From positions 192,001 through 256,000 of the forward strand of contig JBFWLW010000001.1 of assembly GCA_050251945.1 (NCBI GenBank): a DNA stretch of 64,000 nucleotides, read 5' to 3'. The notes below the pieces were generated by a model, which was given only the letters and a program-made list of their open reading frames with translations, was not told the DNA's origin and made no database searches. Position numbers and translations under genes: made by a program. This DNA comes from Deferribacterales bacterium (lineage in GTDB: Bacteria; Chrysiogenota; Deferribacteres; Deferribacterales; Geovibrionaceae). Of this stretch, positions 8,168 to 16,126 are shown in pieces (the first letter of the stretch is position 1; every line of letters starts with the position of its first letter).

Positions 8168-10207
8168 ATGTCTAAAACTCAACGCACCGCAGAAGAGATA
8201 CTGCGGGAAGAAACTGGAGAGATCAGATCCACGGGGCGGTTTGAAAAAGGACTCATCGGAGTTATTGCTATCGCCTGGGCAATTTTTCAGCTCTCTCTTG
8301 CCAGTTTTCTCATCCTCGACGGAACAACCATAAGGGCTGTCCACCTTGCATTTGCAATCTCTATTCTTTTTCTCAGCGTACCAATGTTCAAACGCCCTAA
8401 AAAATGGATGGGCTTTTTCAGCGCTGTGCATAAAATTCCTTTCATCGACTATATATTTGCCGCGGCAGGAGCATTTGCGGCTGTTTACGTAATTCTCGAT
8501 CAGGAAGGTCTTGCCATAAGAGCAGGCGATCCTTCCACAACGGATGTTGTCGTAGGTTTTCTGACCATATTTTTCCTGCTTGAAGCGACAAGAAGAGCAA
8601 TCGGTCCCGCACTTGTTATAATTGTTCTCATATTTACGGGTTATTCTTTTTTTGGACCCTATATGCCTGATTTCATGGCGTTCAAAGGCGTTTCGATGAA
8701 TAAGTATCTGAATCAGATATCCCTTTCGTCTGAAGGCATATATGGTATCCCGCTGGGTGTTTCCGCATCAATAGTTTATCTTTATGTTCTGCTGGGTGCC
8801 ATGCTGGATAAGGCGGGTGCAGGTAAGTTTTTTATAGACCTTGCGCTTTCTCTGCTCGGCAGGTTCAAGGGCGGTCCCGCAAAAGCGGCGGTAGTTGCCA
8901 GCGGCTTCACAGGGCTTATCTCCGGTTCCAGTGTCGCTAACATCGTGACCACAGGAACGTTTACGATTCCGCTCATGAAAAAAGTGGGCTATCCCGCGAC
9001 AAAAGCTGCCGCCACAGAGGTTGCCGCCAGTACAGACGGACAGCTTATGCCCCCTGTTATGGGTGCGGCGGCGTTCATCATTGCGGAATATGTAAACGTA
9101 CCCTATATCGACGTCTGCAAGGCGGCTATAATCCCCGCATTTGTTTCGTATTTTGCATTGTTTTATGTTACACACCTTGAAGCGTCAAAGCTCGGCATGA
9201 AAGGACTTCCGAAAGAGGAGTGTCCTAAATTCTTTGAAACTGTCAAACGCGGATTTCATTTCCTCATTCCGATCTTCATTCTCATATTTGAGCTTGTTGT
9301 ATTGAGACATTCACCGGAAAGAGCGGCTTTTAACGCTATTTTGCTTCTGATAGGCATTATATTTGTCCGCGAGATAGCCAACTTCGCAAAAGGCGAACAG
9401 AAAAGCATCATCGGTATCTTTAAAAAATCAATAACTCTTGTCGGACAGGGTTTTATAGCAGGTTCGCGCAATATGGTCTCTGTTGCTCTGGCAACAGCGG
9501 CGGCAGGTATAATTGTCGGTATCGTCGGCATGGGCATCGGCGGTATGATAACGCAGATAGTCGAGACGCTTTCACAGGGCAACGTATTTGTCCTTCTGAT
9601 TATAACTGCAATTGCCAGTATGCTTCTGGGCATGGGGCTTCCCACCACTGCGACATATATCGTTATGGCATCACTCACAGCGCCCATCATCGTTGAGCTC
9701 GGTGCAAGCTACGGACTTATCGTGCCTCTTATGGCTGCGCATCTTTTCTGCTTCTATTTCGGTATCCTTGCAGACGACACACCGCCTGTGGGGCTTGCGT
9801 CCTATGCGGCGGCGGCACTTGCCGGATCTGACCCGATACCGACAGGTATTCAGGGCTTTCTGTACGACCTGCGCACAGCCATAATACCGTTTATGTTCAT
9901 ATTCAACCACGACCTGATTCTTGACAACATATACAGCTGGCCGCTCGCCATACTCATCTTTACGATGGCATGTCTGGGTGCCTTTGCCTTTACGTCTGTC
10001 ATACAGAAATGGTTCATAACGAAGAATAAAATGTGGGAGATACCGATTCTGCTGGTATCCTCTCTGCTTCTTTTCAATCCTTCGGGCATACACGATATGC
10101 TCGGATACCATATTGACGATAAATATATTATGTATATCCCCGGACTGCTCCTTCTGGCGCTTGTTTACGCGGGACAGAAATTCAGAATGAGAAAGGCTGT
10201 CGCATGA
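8168..10207 (+). CDS. TRAP transporter fused 4TM/12TM permease
   Basis: GGPAKAAV, GSSVANIVTTG, GQLMPPVMGAAAF, GMGLPTT and DDTPPVGLA. Adjacent to the TAXI binding protein. Confidence 0.93.
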   Translation: MSKTQRTAEEILREETGEIRSTGRFEKGLIGVIAIAWAIFQLSLASFLILDGTTIRAVHLAFAISILFLSVPMFKRPKKWMGFFSAVHKIPFIDYIFAAAGAFAAVYVILDQEGLAIRAGDPSTTDVVVGFLTIFFLLEATRRAIGPALVIIVLIFTGYSFFGPYMPDFMAFKGVSMNKYLNQISLSSEGIYGIPLGVSASIVYLYVLLGAMLDKAGAGKFFIDLALSLLGRFKGGPAKAAVVASGFTGLISGSSVANIVTTGTFTIPLMKKVGYPATKAAATEVAASTDGQLMPPVMGAAAFIIAEYVNVPYIDVCKAAIIPAFVSYFALFYVTHLEASKLGMKGLPKEECPKFFETVKRGFHFLIPIFILIFELVVLRHSPERAAFNAILLLIGIIFVREIANFAKGEQKSIIGIFKKSITLVGQGFIAGSRNMVSVALATAAAGIIVGIVGMGIGGMITQIVETLSQGNVFVLLIITAIASMLLGMGLPTTATYIVMASLTAPIIVELGASYGLIVPLMAAHLFCFYFGILADDTPPVGLASYAAAALAGSDPIPTGIQGFLYDLRTAIIPFMFIFNHDLILDNIYSWPLAILIFTMACLGAFAFTSVIQKWFITKNKMWEIPILLVSSLLLFNPSGIHDMLGYHIDDKYIMYIPGLLLLALVYAGQKFRMRKAVA

Positions 10208-10213
10208 CAGCCT
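10194..10213. repeat. 20-bp palindromic direct repeat, left copy (target-site duplication)
   Basis: AGGCTGTCGCATGACAGCCT is identical to 10446-10465 and contains the permease stop codon. Confidence 0.9.
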
Positions 10214-10445
10214 CAGACAGATGACAAAGTCAGTAAAATGGGAGATCGCGTTGTCGATTTATTCGATAAATAGTTTAAAGTGGACTCATTTCAGCAAGCT
10301 CGGTACAGAAACATTTGCAAAAATAGGCAAATGTTTTCAGCCTTCGGCTAGTGCTCCTCGCGAAGACAAAAAAACGTCTCTGCGAGGAGCACTAGCCGAA
10401 GCAGTCTAATGTGAGTCTGTGTAAATTTAGTTTGTCAACAATCAA
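10214..10445 (+). mobile_element. MITE-like non-autonomous element, copy 1 (232 bp)
   Basis: Imperfect terminal IRs (CAGACAGATGACAAAGT ... AGTTTGTCAACAATCAA), flanked by an exact 20-bp duplication. Homologous to the reverse complement of 54990-55130. Confidence 0.8.
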
Positions 10446-10470
10446 AGGCTGTCGCATGACAGCCTTTTTT
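10444..10470 (+). terminator. Intrinsic terminator formed by the right copy of the duplicated target
   Basis: AAAGGCTGTC-GCAT-GACAGCCTTTTTT. Confidence 0.8.
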
Positions 10471-10521
10471 GTTGCTAAAAAGCAAAAAGATGAATACTGT
10501 AGCTGAAAACAGGGGGTAATA

Positions 10522-10743
10522 ATGCTTAACAAAGAACTGGTTTTCATTCTTGAAAACGGAAAGAACGCTCTGGTGATAAACCTGAATAATTTCAACACCA
10601 TAGAGTTTGACGACGCCAATATGTCGGTTATGATCGACCACGGAACATCAGAAAGAAACGTGGACTTTGATAATAAAAAATCATATTCTGAATTCAAAGC
10701 TCAGATAGTGGGGGCTTTGATAGAGGAAGAAGAACAACAATAA
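10522..10743 (+). CDS. Small acidic hypothetical protein
   Basis: 73 aa, SD-like AGGGGG upstream, followed by its own terminator. Confidence 0.7.
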   Translation: MLNKELVFILENGKNALVINLNNFNTIEFDDANMSVMIDHGTSERNVDFDNKKSYSEFKAQIVGALIEEEEQQ

Positions 10744-10756
10744 GCAGAGGCAGAGT

Positions 10757-10783
10757 GCGGAGCTGAATGCTCCGCTTTTTTTT
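10757..10783 (+). terminator. Intrinsic terminator
   Basis: GCGGAGC-TGAAT-GCTCCGC followed by T8. Confidence 0.88.
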
Positions 10784-10799
10784 CGCCTTCTTTTAATAT

Positions 10800-10831
10800 G
10801 ATATTGACAATCAGTATCATCTATGTAAGAT
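10800..10831 (+). promoter_or_regulatory. Fur box overlapping the sigma70 promoter of the flavodoxin gene
   Basis: GATATTGACAATCAGTATC (10800-10818) matches the GATAATGATAATCATTATC consensus at 16/19. It contains TTGACA (10804-10809), with TAAGAT at 10826-10831. Confidence 0.78.
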
Positions 10832-10869
10832 ATCTCTGGTTACATTATTACATGTAAAAGGAGGTTGCT

Positions 10870-11382
10870 ATGGGAAGCATAGGACTTTTTTACGGATCAA
10901 GCAGCGGGGTAACGGAAACTGTTGCGCAGAAAATTGCTGCGGCGCTTAATTCAAAGGGTTTTGTTGTGGATGTTATTAATGTTGCGAACGCGTCTAAAAG
11001 CTCTTTTGAAAAGTATGACAAACTTATCCTCGGTTCATCAACATGGGGTATGGGTGATCTTCAGGACGACTGGGAAAATATCATGGGTGATCTTGAAGAC
11101 GTGGATTTCAACGGAAAGACAGTTGCGTTTTTCGGCACAGGTGATCAGGAAACCTATGCCGATACTTTCCTCGATGCCATGGGAACTATTTATGAAAAGG
11201 TTGTTGACAGCAAAGTGAATATTGTCGGGTGCTGGCCTGTGGAAGGTTACAGTTTCGGCGATTCAAAGGCTGTCGTGGACGGCGAATTCATCGGGCTTGC
11301 CATTGACGAGGACAATCAGTCTTCCATGACAAAAAAACGAATTGCTGACTGGGCTGAGATGCTCACATCGCAGATGGCATAA
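10870..11382 (+). CDS. fldA: Long-chain flavodoxin
   Basis: FYGSSSGVTE, GSSTWGMG, FFGTGDQ..Y..F.DAMG and GLAIDEDNQ. Confidence 0.92.
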   Translation: MGSIGLFYGSSSGVTETVAQKIAAALNSKGFVVDVINVANASKSSFEKYDKLILGSSTWGMGDLQDDWENIMGDLEDVDFNGKTVAFFGTGDQETYADTFLDAMGTIYEKVVDSKVNIVGCWPVEGYSFGDSKAVVDGEFIGLAIDEDNQSSMTKKRIADWAEMLTSQMA

Positions 11383-11415
11383 GCATTTAAAAAGAGAGAC
11401 TTCTTCTGATAAAAC

Positions 11416-11446
11416 AATAGCCCCTTAGAAAAACTAAGGGGCTATT
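11416..11446. terminator. Terminator hairpin between convergent genes
   Basis: AATAGCCCCTTAG-AAAAA-CTAAGGGGCTATT, a 13-bp perfect stem. Confidence 0.85.
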
Positions 11447-11450
11447 TCTG

Positions 11451-12929
11451 TCAGAAAACCGGTATCAGTTTCCCTCCTCCCGTCAATGTAATCTCTTTTC
11501 CGCCTGTCCAGTTATTCATTGAATCGTTTCCGTCGTAATAGATATTGAAACCGTTACTGTTTATGTTTGCCAGCGTCTTGTCATCATTGCGGAACTCAGT
11601 TAAATAAGTGTCCGCTGTAAGGTTCCATTTTGCGCCTTTTTCCAGTGAAAGAGATATGAATCCGGCGGTTTTATCAGTGTTTGCCGAACCTGTCCAGACA
11701 GTTGATCCTTTCAGATAAGTTTTGACACTGCTTAAGCCGTCGCAAAGAATATTGCCCGCAGTGTTTGTATCTGTCACTGTAAAACTTGCTTCGGAACCGT
11801 TGCTGCCTGTTCGTCCCCATCTGTCCGCCGATGCCCGGAAGAGGGTGTTTGCACTGTCTTTATTTGTTATTGAGGTATGGTTTATCATGAATTCGGCTTT
11901 GGTGTTCGTCGTGTAAAAGACCGCACCTTCATATGATGTTATGCTCCCGCCGCTCATGGTAAAACGGCTCTCTCCCACCTCTGCATCACCGGAGAAGCTT
12001 TGGTACAGCATCACGCCGTTTCTTCTGTAACATGTCATTTCGCTGTCAGTTACTGATACGCTGTTCTTTCCTTCGATAACGGCACATTCCGCACCAGTCG
12101 ATTCGCCTTTGACATTTTTAACGGATATATTGCCTGTTGAATATATTGACGGCGAGCCTTCGCCTTCTGTTTTAAGAGTACCATTTTCAACCGTGACCGT
12201 GCCGCCGCCTCTGTCTGTTGCAAGAGCCGCGCTGTGTGCGCCAAGTGTGCTGATGTTGACATCTTTAGCGGTGATACTTCCTTCTCTTGTCGCGTGCAGT
12301 CCTCTTGATGAGTTTGCAGAGGTTTTTATATCAATGCCGTTAATGTTAATTCCGGCAAGTTTTCCAACGGCAACAACAGCATTGGCTCCTGCGGCATCCG
12401 TTGTGATGCTTGTTTTATCCATATTAAGCGACGACCTGCCGATAACAACCACGGCAGAATTTATTCCGTAAAAACTGCTGGATTCCTCATCGGCGGTACT
12501 GCCTTTTTTAGTGATAATGGTCTGATTGAGATTCAGTTCACCATTTATTTTAACCACGACAGCAGACTGATCAGGTTGTGTTGCGTCGTATGTTTTTCCT
12601 GTTTCTGTTTCGGAAGTTCCCTGAACCACATAGACACCCTGTATCTTTTCCAGCACAGCTTTGGCAGTTTGTATTTTATTTCTGAAACCTTCCTTAGGTG
12701 GTCCCTGACGGTTCCCGTCAGACGGAGGCTGTCCGCCGCTGCCCATTGGCGGCATCCCTCCACGCTGTGATCCGAAACCGACACCGATTCCCATTTCAGA
12801 TCCCGGTCCGTAATTTCCGGCACGCGCATTGAAAGTGACCGAAGGGTCGTTCTCTTCGTCATATCTGCCCGCACAGCCAAAAACGGCGGCGCTCAGACAT
12901 ACTGCGATAATCATACTGATTGTTTTCAT
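11451..12929 (-). CDS. Lipoprotein with probable right-handed beta-helix (autotransporter-passenger-like repeats)
   Basis: Lipobox VFGC, Gly/Pro-rich linker, repeated (I/L)xTxGxxS/A turns and a C-terminal LEKGAKWNLTADTYL motif. Confidence 0.65.
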   Translation of the reverse strand: MKTISMIIAVCLSAAVFGCAGRYDEENDPSVTFNARAGNYGPGSEMGIGVGFGSQRGGMPPMGSGGQPPSDGNRQGPPKEGFRNKIQTAKAVLEKIQGVYVVQGTSETETGKTYDATQPDQSAVVVKINGELNLNQTIITKKGSTADEESSSFYGINSAVVVIGRSSLNMDKTSITTDAAGANAVVAVGKLAGININGIDIKTSANSSRGLHATREGSITAKDVNISTLGAHSAALATDRGGGTVTVENGTLKTEGEGSPSIYSTGNISVKNVKGESTGAECAVIEGKNSVSVTDSEMTCYRRNGVMLYQSFSGDAEVGESRFTMSGGSITSYEGAVFYTTNTKAEFMINHTSITNKDSANTLFRASADRWGRTGSNGSEASFTVTDTNTAGNILCDGLSSVKTYLKGSTVWTGSANTDKTAGFISLSLEKGAKWNLTADTYLTEFRNDDKTLANINSNGFNIYYDGNDSMNNWTGGKEITLTGGGKLIPVF

Positions 12930-13013
12930 ATGTACCCCATATCAAATATATGAGTAATAAGTATCATACGAATAAATAGATATTATGCCGGAAAAAAGGG
13001 ATTGGAATGGAAT

Positions 13014-13038
13014 AAGCCCCGCCTGTTAAGCGGGGCTT
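13014..13038 (-). terminator. Intrinsic terminator after hcp
   Basis: AAGCCCCGC-N7-GCGGGGCTT, 11 nt past the hcp stop. Confidence 0.75.
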
Positions 13039-13049
13039 GAAATAATTTA

Positions 13050-14669
13050 TTATGCGCCGATCATTATTTTTTCGACATCGCCTGCCACATCACCGATGAG
13101 CTTGATATCGAAGTTTTCGACAAGCACTTTCGCCACGTTGGGAGAAAGGAAAGCGGGAAGGGTCGGTCCGAGGCGGACGCCTTTCACACCGAGGAAGAGC
13201 AGGGCGAGAAGCACTGCTACAGCCTTCTGCTCATACCATGCTATGTCGAATGAAAGAGGAAGTTTGTTTATGTCGTCGAGTCCGAATACCTCTTTCAGTT
13301 TAAGGGCGATAACTGCAAGCGAATAGCTGTCGTTGCACTGACCTGCGTCAAGCACTCTGGGGATTCCGCCTATGTCGCCGAGGTTCAGTTTATTGTAACG
13401 GTATTTCGCGCAGCCAGCAGTAAGGATGACCGCGTCTTGAGGCAGATTTTCAGCCACTTCTGTGAAATAGTTTCTCTCTTTATGTCTTCCGTCACAGCCT
13501 GCCATGACGACGAATCTCTTGATCGCACCCGATTTGACCGCTTCAACAACTTTGTCAGCAACAGCCATTACCTGTGCGTGTGCGAAACCGCCCACAATTT
13601 TGCCGGATTCTATCTGTGTGGGTGCAGGGCAAGTTTTAGCAAGTGCAATTATTTCGCTGAAATCTTTCTGACCGCCGTCTTTTCTGTCGGCGATATGTTT
13701 AAGACCGGGATAGCCTGCCATGCCAGTTGTAAACATTCTGTTTCTGTAAGAATCTCTTACAGGCACAATGCAGTTGGTAGTCATAAGGATTGGACCGTTG
13801 AATGATTCAAATTCCTTGTCCTGTTTCCACCATGCGTTTCCATAGTTACCCACGAAGTTATCGTATTTCTTGAATTCGGGGTAGTAGTGCGCAGGGAGCA
13901 TCTCGCTGTGGGTATAAACATCAACGCCCGTACCTTTTGTCTGCTCCAGAAGGTCTTTAAGGTCTCTCAGGTCGTGACCGGAGATAAGGATGCCGGGTCT
14001 TGCGCCCACGCCGATGTTAACCTCTGTCACTTCGGGGTTGCCGTAAGTTGATGTGTTGGCTTTGTCGAGCAGAGCCATTGTTGTAACGGCTATTTCGCCG
14101 GTTTTCATGATAAGAGCAATAAGCTCGTCAACAGAGAGGTCTTTCGTAGCGCCTGCAAGTGCCTTGAACATGTGGTCATAGATTGCTGTGTCCTCGTAAC
14201 CGAGAACGTATGCGTGGTCGGCATATGCCGCGACGCCCTTAAGACCGTAGATAAGAAGTTCGCGCAATGAGCGGATATCCTCGTTTTCCTGTGAAAGAAC
14301 GCCGAATGAACCGCCTTTTGCTATTGCGTCTTCCATACTGGCGGGAATCCAGTTTGCGCAGTCGCAAGTTACCGTAGTGCCTGAAACGGCTTTCAGCTCA
14401 TTGCGAAGTTTAACGCCTTCAAGGATAAGTTCATAGATGCGTGCATCGTCAAAGTTTGCGTTTGTGATAGTGGCGAAAAGCGCCTGAGATACGAAACGTC
14501 CGTATTTTTTATCGGCGTTGGTGTTTTCGGCATAAAAGGAGATGCCTTTCAGTGTATAGACCAGTGCGTCCTGAAGAGCCGCACAGGTGTCCGTTTTTCC
14601 GCAGACTCCTCTAACCGTGCAGCCTGTACCTTTTGCTGCTTCCTGACATTGAAAACAGAACATGCTCAT
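13050..14669 (-). CDS. hcp: Hybrid cluster protein (hydroxylamine/NO reductase)
   Basis: [42 protein letters not shown] and WYEQKA. Confidence 0.97.
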   Translation of the reverse strand: MSMFCFQCQEAAKGTGCTVRGVCGKTDTCAALQDALVYTLKGISFYAENTNADKKYGRFVSQALFATITNANFDDARIYELILEGVKLRNELKAVSGTTVTCDCANWIPASMEDAIAKGGSFGVLSQENEDIRSLRELLIYGLKGVAAYADHAYVLGYEDTAIYDHMFKALAGATKDLSVDELIALIMKTGEIAVTTMALLDKANTSTYGNPEVTEVNIGVGARPGILISGHDLRDLKDLLEQTKGTGVDVYTHSEMLPAHYYPEFKKYDNFVGNYGNAWWKQDKEFESFNGPILMTTNCIVPVRDSYRNRMFTTGMAGYPGLKHIADRKDGGQKDFSEIIALAKTCPAPTQIESGKIVGGFAHAQVMAVADKVVEAVKSGAIKRFVVMAGCDGRHKERNYFTEVAENLPQDAVILTAGCAKYRYNKLNLGDIGGIPRVLDAGQCNDSYSLAVIALKLKEVFGLDDINKLPLSFDIAWYEQKAVAVLLALLFLGVKGVRLGPTLPAFLSPNVAKVLVENFDIKLIGDVAGDVEKIMIGA

Positions 14670-14732
14670 AATGTTGTCCTCCTGTTGTTATTGCTCATAG
14701 GAGGACAATAATGCATTTGCGTGCAGAATAAA

Positions 14733-14746
14733 TTGAGCTATGTCAA
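14733..14746. promoter_or_regulatory. Crp/Fnr-family (HcpR/Dnr-like) binding site upstream of hcp
   Basis: TTGACATAGCTCAA on the minus strand has TTGA-N6-TCAA symmetry and lies about 65-77 nt upstream of the hcp ATG. Confidence 0.6.
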
Positions 14747-14833
14747 AAAAGCACTTCTTTTCGTTATTATCTTAAAAATAATGTTACGCAGGCACTTTCT
14801 TGATTAATAGACCAATATGTTGTAACATGAACT

Positions 14834-16126
14834 ATGAGTGAAATAGATAATATCTTTGAAAAAGATAAACTTAACAGAAAAGAGACAATAGAAAATCTTA
14901 CAAATCTGGCTAAGAATACAGAGGAACCATTTGTCCTGTGTATTGATGCTCCTTGGGGGGGTGGAAAAACTTTTTTTGTTGATTTATGGCAAGAATATCT
15001 CAATGGGCAAAATGCAAAAAGTATTAAGTTTAATGCATGGGAAAACGACTTTTCAAAAGAACCATTTATTTCTCTTATGGGAGAGATCACTTCTCAAATT
15101 ATTGAAACAGATGCTGTAAGTGAGATAAAAGATAAGTTAATAGAATCAGGTAAAAAAGTAATTTGGAACGGACTAAGGATCGGAGTTAAAGCACTAACTG
15201 CTGGTGTGTTAGATTTGAAAGAAGTGCGGGATTGTCTCCCAGATGGTACTTTAGATTCTATTGGTAATGATGTAAGTTCTTTAATTGAAACTACAATAAT
15301 AGAGTATGCACAACAAAAGCAGACAAGAGATGATTTTAAAAATATCCTTGAGAAATACGCAGAAAAAGTTAAAACAGAAACGGGATTTCCTCTTATATTT
15401 TTTATTGATGAACTTGATAGATGTAGACCTGATTATGCCGTTGAGTTATTAGAATCTGTGAAACATCTATTTTATGTAAAAAATATTTTCTTTGTTTTGT
15501 CTGTGGATTACAAACAATTATCAAATTCAATTAAAACACTCTACGGTTATAAAATGGATTCTGAAAGATATCTGAAACGCTTTATAAATGTATTGTTTCA
15601 TTTGTCTAATGATAATATTAAAAATTACCTATCTTTATTTGATACAAGAGATTATTTGAATACTCAATATTGTAAAAATTTTAAGTTAGATTTCAAAGAG
15701 TATATTATTGCATTAAATTTAAATCCGAGAGATGTACAGAGACTTTTTGAAATGTTGGATTTGATATATAAGGTAAACACGGATAAAGAAATATTATGTT
15801 CTGCACACATGCTGTTGTTTTTGATTGGATTAAAACAAAGCAATTTGAAAATGTATGGTGATATAATTAATAATGCAAATAAATTTTATGAAAAAAACAA
15901 AATATTAACTCCAGTTATATCAAAAATGGGACAAAATCTAAAACGATACACTTCCTCTTTGTTATATATACTTACATCCGATAATAACACCATTTACGAA
16001 TACATTGAAACTCTAGAATATTCCATGCGTCGTTACTATGAAGACCTACTGCACTTTCATCAAAATGTTCAACTCATTCAACTAATAAAAGTTATTGAAT
16101 TTGCATCAAAATTTTCCAGTCATTAA
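14834..16126 (+). CDS. KAP-family P-loop NTPase
   Basis: DKLNR, Walker A APWGGGKT, FNAWEND, Walker B FFIDELDRCRP..A.ELLE.VKHLF and YLKRFI. Strongly AT-rich. Confidence 0.9.
   Translation: MSEIDNIFEKDKLNRKETIENLTNLAKNTEEPFVLCIDAPWGGGKTFFVDLWQEYLNGQNAKSIKFNAWENDFSKEPFISLMGEITSQIIETDAVSEIKDKLIESGKKVIWNGLRIGVKALTAGVLDLKEVRDCLPDGTLDSIGNDVSSLIETTIIEYAQQKQTRDDFKNILEKYAEKVKTETGFPLIFFIDELDRCRPDYAVELLESVKHLFYVKNIFFVLSVDYKQLSNSIKTLYGYKMDSERYLKRFINVLFHLSNDNIKNYLSLFDTRDYLNTQYCKNFKLDFKEYIIALNLNPRDVQRLFEMLDLIYKVNTDKEILCSAHMLLFLIGLKQSNLKMYGDIINNANKFYEKNKILTPVISKMGQNLKRYTSSLLYILTSDNNTIYEYIETLEYSMRRYYEDLLHFHQNVQLIQLIKVIEFASKFSSH

Noticed and set aside
10221..10409. 62-aa ORF inside MITE copy 1 as a possible mini-transposase or peptide
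   Set aside because: It has no SD or recognisable motif, runs through palindromes, and is not preserved in copy 2, which lacks about 90 bp of it.
10192..10465. Two identical palindromic repeats as a minimal CRISPR array
   Set aside because: There are only two repeats, the 230-bp interval is far too long for a spacer, and no cas genes are present. Target duplication explains it better.
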